Origin: Negaprion brevirostris
Taxonomy: Eukaryota
DNA length: 64,000 nucleotides
Direction: 5' to 3'
Assembly: GCA_030324005.1 (NCBI GenBank)
Contig: JARDVH010000099.1
Coordinates: forward strand, 63,736,167 to 63,800,166
Positions 11,518 to 23,680 of the stretch are shown piece by piece. Made by a program: the position numbers and the translations under genes. How positions within the stretch are numbered: the first letter of the stretch is position 1; every line of letters starts with the position of its first letter. Below the pieces are notes generated by a model. It was not told the origin of the DNA. It saw only the letters and a list, made by a program, of their open reading frames with translations, and did not search any database.

Positions 11518-11709
11518 GGTGGGATTTTCCATGCAACTCGCAGTATGTTTCGTGACCTGCCATTTGCTAGTGATCCTGTTTTTCTAGTCCCGTTGTTGTT
11601 AAAGCGGTTTCCCATTGAATGCACCTTGTTGCTGAGAAATCTGTAACAGAGCTGCACTGTTGGCAGACTAGAAGATCACGCTGATGTGAGCAACTGAAAA
11701 ATTCTGGCC
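11518..11709. mobile_element. Harbinger-type MITE
   Basis: Imperfect TIRs ggtgggattttcc / gaaaaattctggcc; internal similarity in opposite orientation to 23490-23680. Confidence 0.6.
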
Positions 11710-12271
11710 TTTTCTTATCATTTACATGTTGGAAGTGACAATGTCAAAGCCTTACCTTGTTTCGTCTTTGATAAGGACATAACTTGTGTCCATAAAGCCA
11801 CTTTTTCCACTGGTATGGTTCAGGTGTTACCTATACGCTAATTGTGTTTAATTGCGTGCAGGTGGTGGGACATTCACTGAAGTTTCTGTAAAGAGAGACT
11901 TTATAGAAACTGATATGGTTGAGTTAGGTCTATGCTTGCAATGTTTAACTTCCAAATAAATCTAGCACTGAGTAGTGCTATGGCTGTCTGAAAAAAGGAC
12001 ATTAGACTCTAAAAACATTGGAGGGCAAGCATACCCTGACAATTTGCACTTGCCTTCTGTTATTTTCCACAATAGTACTAGGATTTTTCTTCATTTCCAA
12101 GCGTCATCTTTAGGTATCCATTCTTTGTTAACATACTGTATGACAGAAAGCCGGGTTGTGAAGGATAAAACTGAAGCCAATCTTTACACGTTTTTATAAG
12201 CATTTATTTCGAGGTGCACATTCTAAACCTGCACCTCTGAACACTACAACCGCAGTTTTTGTCTCTTGCTG

Positions 12272-12390
12272 TTTATAAAAACATCTGGTTTACTAATATC
12301 CTTTAGAGGAGGAAATCTGCTGTCCTTGCCTGGTTTGGCCTACATGTGACTCCAAAGCCACAGCAATGTGGTTGACTCCCAACTTGCCAC
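12272..12390 (+). mobile_element. Fragment of the tRNA-headed SINE/LINE 5' body
   Basis: aaaaacatctggtttactaatatccttt...ggcctacatgtgactccaaagccacagcaatgtggttgactc; matches the reverse complement of 34540-34640 and 47750-47850. Confidence 0.75.
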
Positions 12391-12536
12391 CGCCACCCCC
12401 CCTTCCAATTCATATAAATACAATTAATATAGAATTGAAATGTTTACCACTTGCCCTGTTGTAAATGCATTCATTGATGAAATCAACATATACAGTTTTC
12501 AAGAGTCCCAGATTGATCCCTTTCCCTAATGTAAAA

Positions 12537-12875
12537 GATAAGAACAGAAGAAATAGGAGCAGGACTAGGCCATCTAGCCCTTTGAGCCTGCTCCACCATT
12601 CAATAAGATCATGGCTGATCTGAAGTGGATCAGTTCCACTTTCCCGCTTTCTCCCCATAANNNNNNNNNNNNNNNNNNNNNNNNNNNNNNNNNNNNNNNN
12701 NNNNNNNNNNNNNNNNNNNNNNNNNNNNNNNNNNNNNNNNNNNNNNNNNNNNNNNNNNNNCCTCCACCACTTCAACGGGCAGAGAATTCCAGAGATTCAC
12801 CACCCTTTGAGTGAAGAAGTTCCTCCTCAACTCAGATCTAAACTGCCCCCCCTTATCTTGAGGCTGTGCCCTTTT
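12537..12875 (-). mobile_element. CR1 LINE 3' end (gap inside)
   Basis: Minus MRRNFFTQRVVNLWNSLP is the canonical CR1 ORF2 C-terminus; ataagaacagaagaaataggagc tail. Confidence 0.88.
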
Positions 12876-13639
12876 TTGAATTCTTCAAAAAAGATTCTTT
12901 GAATTGTTTTGATATCTGCATGTTGATTAGTCAAAAGAAAATGATATTTGATTTTTTTTGATTTGATCATATTTGATCAAAATTCAGTCCGTGATCAAGG
13001 AAGGGTCTTTTTCATAACTTAATTTCACAAGGAAATATGTGATCTTTCCATAGTTCAAGATCTACATGGGGTTCACACATTTTTGAAAGACTTAAATTTT
13101 ATCTCTCAATTTTAAAATACAAGTTTAGCCAATTTTGACTTTATGTTGTCACCCAAATTTCATGTCTACTCTGAATCTGTAAGCTTTAAAGTAAATATTA
13201 TGAAGTGGATCGCATGTCTCAGCCCAGACACTGCACATCAGACAAAGAAAATATGAAAGCTTGTTGCTTCTAGCTCTTTGTTATTTAATTTAACTGTCAT
13301 TTCTTTCCCGTAACTGCTTTTCACCACTGTTAGTTGAAGGCACATCTGTTCCTATGCTTGTCAGAATTATAAAATGTTAAAAAGAGAAGCAGCACTTAGC
13401 TCAAACATTTGATAAATCTGTTCTTTTTTTTAAAGAACCTGAATCATAAAGTATATTAAATAGGGGGAAATGAATTGCCAAATGTCAGGAAAATGTTGGT
13501 TTGTGGTTACTTTGATTTATTAGATGTTCAACTAAAATTCTGCATTTAAATTGTTTTTTTATTATTATTGTGACAAGGACTAAGAACAAAATCACGTGTA
13601 ACGGGTAGGAATTTGTCCAGGGAAGGAAGGAAATGTCAG

Positions 13640-14030
13640 TCAAATAAAACAGAGCTGGAAGCAATGAATGTTAAATGTTTTCTTCAGTCTGACGTGTAGA
13701 ATCTGTGTTTAGCAATGCGATGTATTTTGAAATGCAGCACTTAAACCACTATTGGTTAACTCTCTTTGACCTGTTGCGATGGTAGGGTCACAATGTTTCA
13801 CGTCTGCTACTTAACTGTGCTCCATTATGGCAACCTCAAACCCCTACTTGTTCAGAAAATGAATATTTTAGCACCTGGTCGATTGTAACTTCACGAGTTG
13901 CATTATTATCATGGGCACATTTAATCCTTCTGATTTACGGCATTAGATTTTGCACAAAACCGTGTTACTGGTTTATTATTTCCAATATTAAATAATGAAT
14001 TGTTCATCACTGCAGCAACAGTGCTGAAAC
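13640..14030. promoter_or_regulatory. Candidate conserved intronic enhancer
   Basis: Repeat-free and CpG-retaining; TAATCC (13922) adjacent to TGATTTACGG (13931); conservation not tested. Confidence 0.35.
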
Positions 14031-17000
14031 TTTTTGATCTTTAGGTTGCAAAATGCCAAACACCTTTTGAAATGGCATTGTTTTTCAAAACACAGGCTGC
14101 TTGTTAGAATATATTACTGGTTGTTTATAGGGATCTATCTGAAATTTACAATTATGTTGTAGCTCCCTGGACTTCTAAATTAGCTATTAGCTTTGGAAAG
14201 TGCCCAAATTTGAGGTGTTCAACTTTGTCCTACCTGAGGCAGATCACCTGCCTACTCTCTTCTGAGAGGAAAACAATGTCACAGAAATGAAATCTGTTGA
14301 GGGGAGGAAAAAGTTAATTGCGTTTTGTGCCAGAAGAATTGCAGATTTTCCAAATAATAAATAAAAATGAATTTGACAGAATAGCCTGAAGTTTCAACTG
14401 TGTAGCCTGTTTGATTTAAATGTGTTACTTGTGACATGGTTGTCATAAGGATTACCTAATCTCTTGGCACCAATATGTTTTCGGGAAAAATTGCACTTAA
14501 TCAGATGTGGTTTATTGTTGTACCAGTATGCTGCTTGTGTGATAACTCTCAATCTCAATTTGCTCCCATTACTGCCACAAAAATCTTGACTTTGTTGGAC
14601 GTTATTGAGGTTACACATGGACAAAACGATCCAAAATTTGGAAAGGGACATCTTAACCAAGTGTTTTTCGAAATTCACGAGCTCCTGTGGAAGTTTTGCA
14701 TGCACAACTTTTCAGATTTTTCGTGACAGCAATGAATGATTTGTGTATTTTGAAAATAAATTCAGGACTAGGGTTACTAAAATGTTAGATATCGATAGAA
14801 TGAAATGGTAATCTGTGTGGCAGTTTTGAGTGTTTATTAGCAAGAATGAACCAGCATGGTCATCCTTGATTGAGAAGCAGTTGGCTTTTAATTGTTCTGG
14901 TTGGCTGGTTTCTGAGGGTCAGTCGGATCAGCTGAGAAGGATTGAAGGATTCATGTATTAATTTGAGGTGGTGAAATGAGACTGTTACAAATTATAGGAA
15001 GTAAGCATCAGAATAAAATATAAAATGGGTATGGAATACTCAACTTCCATACTTTCACCCTGAGGTATGATTTGATAATTTTCATAAGTCTGGGCTAGTT
15101 GCCAGTTTGTCTAAAAATTAATTTAAATTAATCAAAAAAGGGTTTAAATAGTGTATGGTTAGAAGAATAACAAGTGCATGATAATCATCAGAACTGGTGG
15201 TAATTTTATGGTTTTAAAAAAATTTCATTCAGTGTATTATACTTCTGCACAAGTACTATGAAATGTTGAAAATTACATCAGTAAAATTGTAACTCTGAGA
15301 AATTACTGTGAAATAATTGAATTTAACCTCTCGAATTAAACAAGAGAAAATGTGAAGTAATTTTAATGGACTTTTCTCTTTCCTAAAGGTAGGATTGATA
15401 CTCGGGCTTTGAATTAAAGCATTTCAGATCTGAGATATTTGTCTGCCAAGCATTGCAGTTGACCCTTTTCACCATTCCGATTTGTTCATGTTCATATTGT
15501 TGCTGTAGAAATAATTTGTGTGCATTATGAAGCTGTCTGGATTTTTTTTTGTTTACAAGGTCTTAAATAGAATTTAATTGACTGGCATCTGTTTTGAACA
15601 AGCTTTGGGTCTGAGAAAAGGTCATTTTTTTTATTCCCTCTCAGACAGTGATTAGTAATCCTGCATCTGTTCTGTAGCTGTAGTTATGAGCGTCATTATC
15701 GAGAGAGGTTACTGACTTAATTGTTTGTGTACTGCTAATTAGCAGCAGTTTTTCATTAAGTGGAGAAGTTCTTTCCAAATAAACTATCATGCCATTAGTT
15801 TTAGATTAAGTGGAACTGCTGAGCGGCATCTGAATGTAAATATAACTGCAGCTAAAAAATATGTTCTTAACATGGTGTGACCACCCTTCAGAAAATAAGA
15901 TCTGCCTTGAAATTTAGAGATACTGGCTCCTGACGTAAAATTATGATAGAACTTGATTAGCCTTTTTTCTTCAATGATGGAATAATAAATGAAACAAAGC
16001 ATATCTACGTTGATTTATGACAAACTATTTTTCAGCAAAATGTCAGTGGTCAAAAAGGCAGAACTTTGCTTTCTTTTTTTAAGAACTGCATTGCACTGTG
16101 AAGAGTATGCAAAGCATGGTTTTAAAGGTTTAAAATGTGCAAAGTTTAAAATGTTTGAATCCAAGGCATAAAAGCCTGAATAAGCTTGTTGTCTTCAATC
16201 AAAACAAAAACACCTCTTGTTATTATGAAAAACATCCAGAAAAGTAGCTTTAAATTTAGTGTTATTTTTAGGCATATAGGTTGTTAATCATGTTTCCTGA
16301 ATGATCCTCCTTTTGTTTAATTACAAGACCAGTCTGACAAATAATCTTTAGACTGTAAAACAGCTTTGCAAGCATGTGCTGGTTTACCTTAAATTCTCTG
16401 TTCCAATTCCTGCCCACACAAAAAAATGTGTACATAAAAAAAAATGAATATGGAGTTGTTCTAGGGCAAAATAGGAAAAGTGGTGTGACTTTAATTTAGA
16501 GTGACTTAGCCCCATATATACATTTGTGCTCAAAGGGAAATCACTTTGGATTATCAGCACTGTAGCACACTGCATAAAATATTGAAGGCTACTTTACTTT
16601 CTAAAGGTGGCACTCCAGGCTAGAAGAGCTTTGAGCAAATTTTAAATTTACAAATAACTGACAGAGGTAGCTGATGAGCTGTGAACAGCATATGCTGCCT
16701 TACTTCGAAGATGTCGCATCAGCTGACATGTCCTTTCTTAATAACAGAATTGTTGCATTTGCCTCTGATGTGATTTAAGAGGAAGGGGAGCATTATTGTA
16801 ATATTGAGAGTGAACTGTAAAGTTTTGTTGTGTTTGAACCTATCTTTCAAGTTAAATTGAAAATAGCATGTAAATTCAAAGGACAGCTTCGTTAATTGTT
16901 TTACTTTTTTTGCACTGTGATTTACTTTTTCTCTCTTTTCGCAGTGAATGACAGGAAGTTAGAGGTGAAATATTTAAAGGAGCTAGATTCAGATCTGTCT

Positions 17001-18594
17001 CAATAGTTGAAGCTGCTAACGTTGCTGTTCTAACAGTAGCTAATTATTAGAACATTTGTTTGTAAGATGACAGTTAAAGCTGGTCTAGATTGGGCAGTGG
17101 CTGTCAATAGCAGCTATGTTCTCTTGACCTGTTGATTTGCAATGGTGATTTTGAAATTGTATGATCATCACCCAGAATCAAAACATTTATTCAACTCAGG
17201 AAAGGGTATTCTTCCTGTTCTGCTCCTTCTCCCAAAATATATCAGTTATAGAAGGGGAATGATGTGGAGAATGTATAGTAGTTACTACCCCAAACTTAGT
17301 TTCTCAGTGTTGATAGACAAAATCAGAGGTGATTTGAGTCAATGATCCTGCAAATGCAATTTTAATCTCCAAGATAGGAATTTGAACTGAAAAATTACCT
17401 GGTCTAAACTCATCCATTTCAGAGATCCGATCATCCCCACCCCACACTTCCATACATCATCCCTAATGTTCCTTTCAATAATTGTGGGGTTATAACCTGC
17501 ACAACATACTGGAAGCCCGTTTCACAAGCGATNNNNNNNNNNNNNNNNNNNNNNNNNNNNNNNNNNNNNNNNNNNNNNNNNNNNNNNNNNNNNNNNNNNN
17601 NNNNNNNNNNNNNNNNNNNNNNNNNNNNNNNNATGAAGAAACGCAACAGTTCCCATTTCACACTTTGTTTGAACCTGTGCCCCTTGTCCTTCTGTGATGA
17701 CTTAATTATGGTGATAGTCCAGAGTTAGCGATTCTATGCCGCCTTTCAGATATCTCCATATTTCACTTGGCTGTCTTCTTTCAAGACTTCAAAATAGTCA
17801 CAGCTCAAAGGTCAATCCTGTAATTCTACAGATTAGTTATTTAGCCTTGCTTTCAAAACTTGTGTATCCCTGACTAGAACTAGGTGTGGTCCTTAAGACA
17901 AGACCTGAAAATAGCACACAATAGTTGACTTTCTTCAAATTGGTCTCTAATGAAGTGATTTTTTTTTTTCTGAATGCTGTCCATAATCATTGTTTTGCTA
18001 AGTGCCGAACGTGTTATGTTTCTGTGATGCTGTTTAACTTCATCTTTAATTTTAGAATTGGTTTCACATTAAACATTAAACCAAGGATGATTTCTGCATT
18101 TCAGTGGCGGTAGAACATTCTGTGGCCTTTTCCCAAGGAGAGCAGTGAAGGTCTCCTGGTGTCCCAGTTGATTTTGTTCAATTGGCAACATCAAAGTTGA
18201 CTATCTGCTTGTTTATCTCATTGTTTGTGGGACCGTGCAATGTGCAAATTGGCTATCTCCTCTGCTCATACTGTGGCAGTGATTCCACTTGCTTTGCTGA
18301 AGAGAGATGTGTTGCCAAAGCTTTGTGTTGCACTACCTAGAACAAATGTAAGAATACAAAATTTCAAGTGATCACAACAGATTATATTACAGGAGAAAAA
18401 CGTGCTGATTTGTTGCAAGTCAGCTCTGAATGGCGAATGTGTTGCCATGGAAAAAGCAACTGTGTTGTTGTGAACAATATAGTGCCGCTTAAAAACTCAG
18501 GACGATGTTGTACCTTAGTATTTCTCAAGAGGATAGATAGGGAAAAATGTTTAAGCGGAAATTCCATATGTGCATTCACTGTTAAATAAATTAT

Positions 18595-18815
18595 TGATGT
18601 ATTGCTCAATTTTGTTAAAACATTTTTGTATTGCACTCATCAGGGCAATTGCAAGAATACAAATATCAAGGGAAACAATAACTCTATACCGTATGAAAAG
18701 AGGGTGCTCATTTGGTTGGCAAGTGGATACGTTGATGTGCAGAATGCACCAGTTGTTGGTGGCTGACAGTTAATTGCCAAGCATTGTTTGAAATATAAAC
18801 CAGGCAGCTTCACTC
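18595..18815 (-). mobile_element. Penelope-like terminal-repeat fragment with decayed hammerhead motif
   Basis: Reverse complement aligns by eye with 38365-38560 (gcttggcaattaactgt...ttgccaaccaa...gtattct...cctgatgagt). Confidence 0.6.
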
Positions 18816-18854
18816 TTGATACATATTGATAAACAAATAACTATTACCTTACAG

Positions 18855-18973
18855 GGACTATAGAAGTGCTGAAAGCCATGCAGAATCTAGGAGTAGAACC
18901 TGATGTGGAAACATATGCAAACTATGTGCAGTCATCATTTGATAATGTCGAGGTAGCTCGTAGCCAACTTGAG
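18855..18973 (+). CDS. LRPPRC: LRPPRC coding exon (exon 12 equivalent)
   Basis: ttacag|GG...GAG|gtatgt; (G)TIEVLKAMQNLGVEPDVETYANYVQSSFDNVEVARSQLE, PPR-like MxxLGVxPDxxTY; 119 nt. Confidence 0.95.
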
Positions 18974-19049
18974 GTATGTGTTGACATCTAATACTGACAT
19001 ATTCCATTTATATAGCATCTCCGAGGTAGTAAAGCATCCGGAGGTTATG

Positions 19050-19395
19050 ACAAATACAATAAATTTACTTTATATTGAAATTGCAGACCACTAGGGTCAA
19101 GAACTAGAGGACACTGATTTGAGGTAATTGGCAAAAGAAGCAGTAGAGACATGAGAAAACCTTTACACAATGAGTGATTGGGATCTGACATGTGCTGTGT
19201 GTGATCGTGTTGTGTGCTCATGTGTGAGAGATCATGTGTAATCATGTTTTGAGAATTTGATAATTATCTGTATGAAGAAATTTGCAGAGCTACCAGGAAA
19301 ATGAGATTAACTGAGTAGTTCTTGCAGATAATTGGTACGAATAGGATGAACTAAAGGGCTGCTTTCTTCTGTAATGTAACCATTCTGTGATTCCA
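19050..19395 (+). mobile_element. Old CR1 3' end
   Basis: gggtcaagaactagaggacac...gacatgagaaaacctttacacaatgagtg...tgtaaccattctgtgattccatga. Confidence 0.7.
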
Positions 19396-19645
19396 TGACA
19401 AAGTAGTTATGGTCCCTAAATAAACCAACAGAAACATTTTAAGAATTGAATAAGAATCAAAATTAACTATGTATTGAATTCTTTTTATCATTGGATATGT
19501 TTCTGAATCACTTAAATTTGTTTCATTCACTTCACGTGCAGCTATTTGCCTCAATTGTTCTTGTTTCTTTTATTTTCACTAAGGCTATATGCGTTAACTT
19601 TCACTGCTGGTTCTAAAAGCTTGTAGCTGGAGAAAGGATTTGTTT

Positions 19646-19788
19646 CAAAATGCTGGAAAATCTCAGCAGTTCATCATGACTCAACGTTGGCTTTGTTCTC
19701 TCTACAGATGCTGTCAAACCTGCTGAGATTTTCCCGCATTTTCTGTTTTTATTTCAGATTCCAACATCTGCAGTATTTTGCCTTTATT
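19646..19788. mobile_element. Penelope-like fold-back insertion with 13-bp TSD
   Basis: AAAGGATTTGTTT at 19633-19645 and 19789-19801; inner inverted repeat aaaatgctggaaaatctcagcag / ctgctgagattttcccgcatttt. Confidence 0.72.
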
Positions 19789-19958
19789 AAAGGATTTGTT
19801 TTTGAATAGATTCCATTGCATAAACTTTGCAAATTTGCAAGCCTTTTTTAACTTTTTTCCCATAACATGGTCATTCTAGTTAATGTGTCAACAAAAGCCT
19901 AACATTACCAGCTTTAAAAAAAGAGCTCATAAATCTGTTGGTTGCTTTGTCTGTAAAG

Positions 19959-20052
19959 GAAAACGGATGTCTGGTTAATGCGGTTGGGTTTTACGCCTCT
20001 GAACTCAGAACAGAAGCTTTAAATGGACATTTGGACAAGGTTTATTCTATGT
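19959..20052 (+). CDS. LRPPRC: LRPPRC coding exon (exon 13 equivalent)
   Basis: gtaaag|GAA...ATGT|gtaagt; ENGCLVNAVGFYASELRTEALNGHLDKVYSM; 94 nt. Confidence 0.94.
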
Positions 20053-20812
20053 GTAAGTACTGTAATGTCCAGCACAACTACCTTTTTTAATCAGACTTTT
20101 TAAAAGTGTTACAAATGTTGTGATATATAGTGAGTTTGATCTGGCTATTTTATAAAAAGTATTGATCTTAAACGTGAGATGAAGATTTCCTTGGAGCTAC
20201 TCCTGCTCAGCTGGGATTTCCTCTGCACGTCTGGTGAAGTTACAACAGTAGACCAGCAGGAGGTTTGAGAAAATGCACACTCCAGGATTTTGCTACTTGT
20301 AGTTACAATGCAAGTAATGAAATAATCAAAAACACAGAACTGGCACTGACATTTTATTTGACTGTGATGTATTAGCTCGTGAAAATAACTTGAACTTTTA
20401 ATTAAAAAAAGACTGATCGGTTGATTAAAATTACACCATAAAAATATGTAGCATTTTGAAAAATTGACAAGGACTTGATATGTACTTGATATTATAATCT
20501 ACATATGAGAGTCAAACTATGCCAATGCAGGTTCCTGATATTTTTCTAATAGTACCTATGGAGGTTGCTATACAGCTGCTGCTTTTCTAATATGCTGCTG
20601 GGCTTACAATGCAATTTCTGCCCTTATCACCTTATCAGCAGCAATATGAAGTTAATGCTGTAAAAAGATAGATGGATGAACAGAATATTCTCCTATTATA
20701 ATTTCTTCATTGAAAATAAAACAGTAGCGTATTCTGAAATGAATTTGATGTTGTTGGCTGTTTTAGATTTGTCATTTTTCTGAATCTGTGGTGTACACTT
20801 CTCTCTTGGCAG

Positions 20813-20882
20813 TGTCATCGCCAACAAATCCTGCAGTGGATTTAAGTAGTTTCAGAGGCAGTCTTATTTTAGGATTTAAAAG
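20813..20882 (+). CDS. LRPPRC: LRPPRC coding exon (exon 14 equivalent)
   Basis: tggcag|TG...AAAG|gtaagt; (L)SSPTNPAVDLSSFRGSLILGFK(R); 70 nt, phase 1 to 2. Confidence 0.93.
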
Positions 20883-21583
20883 GTAAGTTGATAGCATACA
20901 TTATTTCAGGAAAAACTCTAGCATTTGTACAAATGTTTTACAGTTGAGGAGTCCGTTAATACTGTTTTTGATTTGATTAGGTTACGTTGAAGTAACGGGA
21001 CTATGTAAATACTTGCATTGCAATCAAATATTCCACCAATTACTTAACTGGTTAATATGTTATTTTAGCAGAAATATAATTGTTTCTATTAGGGCCCCAT
21101 CTGTAGCAAAACCAACATTGACTGACTACTGAAATGTGCTTTTTACATTTACCCAGCAATTACAATACCACGCTCCAGTGAAGTACGCATATTTTAAATT
21201 TCATATTTTTAAATATTGTTTGGTCAATCACTCAGGTATTCTAAATGATTATAAAAATGATGCAACCTCTGGCATGACTGCTTTTTGTATTTTCCAAAGT
21301 AATATGTTAACATGTTAATGACAACTCCGACTCATTTGGTCTGAATTTCTTTATTCACTAATATATATATATCTCTGCTACCCACCTAATGAGTTTTGGA
21401 TCAAAGATTTCTGTGCTTGATGCCATTCTTACTGTATCAACTCAGTCTTCCATAGAATAGGCTCTGAATAACCCAGGCCAGGTGTATGCAGCAATGAAGT
21501 TGAACGTTTGTTCTGGTGAACTGAATTGCACGTTGGTCTCTTGGTAATCTGATAATTCTTGAGTGAAATATCTCTGCCATAAA

Positions 21584-21885
21584 GGCAAGCGGCCCAGTGA
21601 CTAGTGCTGCTGCTTCACGGTGCCAGGGACCTGGGTTTGATTTTCAGCTTGGATCACTGTTAGTGCAGAATCACCATGTTCTCCCCGTGTCTGTGGGTTT
21701 CCTCCAGGTGATCAGTTTCCTCCCACATGTCCAAAAGGCGTGTTGGTTAGGTGCATTGGCCATGCCTAATTCTCCCTCAATGTACCCAAACAGGCGCTGG
21801 CATGTGGTGACTAGAGGAATTTCACAGTAACTTCACTGAAATGTTAATGTAAGTTTATCTGTGATACTAATAAATAAAACTTTAA
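21584..21885 (+). mobile_element. V-SINE, tail type B
   Basis: Same head, V-domain and tail as 8928-9222. Confidence 0.85.
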
Positions 21886-21939
21886 GCAAGAACTCACAAA
21901 ATTGACCTGTGCGTCAGCTTACGTATCAGATGATTATCA

Positions 21940-22330
21940 CTAAGCAGTGAAGAAAGGGACACAGGTAGATCATTGGGATCATCCAAGGTGGTGATGTGAA
22001 GCAATGAGAGAATGCTTAGTTGTGTGTGATGCCATTGAGCTGGACAACAGAGCAGAGGTTGATGGCGTGCTTGACAATAACAAAGACTGAAGAGAGGTCG
22101 AAGAGTGTTAATACATCATCGTCACAGTCACGGAGAAAGTAATTTGTGACTACCTAGAGCTATTGTGACGTGTAAGTGGCAAAAGTCAAATTGGAGGCAT
22201 TCCAACAGAGATATGAGAGAGATAGAAATGGATTTGAGATTTGAAGGAGGAGGGGAAAGTGAGGTTGGGGGAGTTGATTTTCAAGAACAGAGGGGTGGAG
22301 GGTAGAGACCTGAAAAGTGAGATGACGTAA
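21940..22330 (-). mobile_element. Old L2 LINE remnant
   Basis: Purine-rich aggtcgaagag...gtcacagtcac...gatttgaaggaggaggg pattern typical of reverse L2 RT. Confidence 0.5.
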
Positions 22331-22934
22331 GTGATTGATTCCAGCTCTCTAACTTTTTAGAAGAACTCAGACATGGGAATGGTTACGTGGCAGATCTGCC
22401 AATCCTTCAAATATGCAGTGTTTTACATTCTTAATGTCCTTGCGTTAAGACAGTTTCAATGGGTGCCTGAATTATAGGAAACGTATCTCTCTTCGCACTT
22501 TCAGGGCGATCACTCCCTTCAGGGTGATTTGTTTCTCACCTTCACCTTGGAATGTGGCCTTCTATTTTTAAACAATTTGCTCTGATCAGTTCAAATTGCA
22601 AAAGTGTCAGTCAGTTGAAAAGACATACTTTAAAAATTAATGGGCGCAACGCCATGCTACCTCTCTTTCATAAATAAATGAAATGAGATTCAATTATTAC
22701 ATTATTTCATTACAAGATATAAAAGCACAAAACAAAAGAAAAACTACATTCTCTCCCATTCACCCTCTTAGTCTTGGTCTGATTATCCCATCAATGCTAA
22801 CTGGGCCTCCTTAAGCTCTGGACAGGGACTCTGCAATCACATTTGATTTCCTCGGAATATGCATGATTTTTCAGTTAATATGGTTAGAGAAGCAAATATA
22901 ATTCTGAGTTTCAAATTTCTCCACAAAGCTCAAA

Positions 22935-23198
22935 GGGTGGCATGGTGGCGCAGTGGTTAACACTACTGCCTCATAGCGCCACAGACCTGGGTTCGATTCC
23001 TGGCTTGAGTCACTGTGTGGAGCTTGCATATTCTCCCCGCGTATGTGTGGGTTTCCTCCCACACTCTGAAAGGCATGCTGGTTAAGTGCATTGAACCTAA
23101 CAGGCACTGGACTGTGGCGACTAGAGGTATTTCATGGTAACTTCATTGCAGTGTTAATGTAAGCCTTACTTGTGACTAATAAATAAGCTTCAACTTTA
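22935..23198 (+). mobile_element. V-SINE, tail type B (internally deleted)
   Basis: ggtggcgcagtggttaacactactgcctc...gggttcgattcc; tail cttcattgcagtgttaatgtaagccttacttgtgactaataaataa. Confidence 0.85.
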
Positions 23199-23489
23199 CA
23201 AGGGCTGTGGTTGCTATAAATTGTTGTCTCTCTTCATCCATTTCATACATACATCCATCTCAAAGCGTTTGAGAACCAGCAGCGAAGCTAAGGTTTGATT
23301 TCTAATGTTTGCTCAGTCTTTTGGAGAAGTACACGTAACATTAAAATCCCATCTTTTGAGGAGGTTAGGTTCCAGTACAACCCCACAAATAACAACATCA
23401 TGAGTAACGAATGTGTTTGACAACAAGAGTCAATGAAATAGGTTCCAGTGTTAAAAAATTCCCCATGTTCATAGACAATAAAAACTATT

Positions 23490-23680
23490 GGATGAGATTT
23501 TCAGGCCCTTCCCACTGGCAGGATCTTCCAGTCCCGCCAAAGCCCACCTCCACCAGAGGTTCCCTGGTGGTGAGCTGGGTAAGCCATGCAAATTGCCATT
23601 GACTTCGATGGGGACCCCCAGAAGATCTCATCGCCTCTTCCGAAGACAACCCACTGCAGGTTCCTGGAAAATTGCGGCCC
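23490..23680. mobile_element. Harbinger-type MITE
   Basis: Ends ggatgagattttc / ggaaaattgcggccc; GC-rich island in AT-rich intron. Confidence 0.6.

Noticed and set aside
16671-16690. CTGATGAG followed by GAAC as a possible hammerhead or C/D box
   Set aside because: No GAAA, no stem I/III pairing and no matching terminal stem. Other CTGATGA words (41012, 44839, 53462) also fail.
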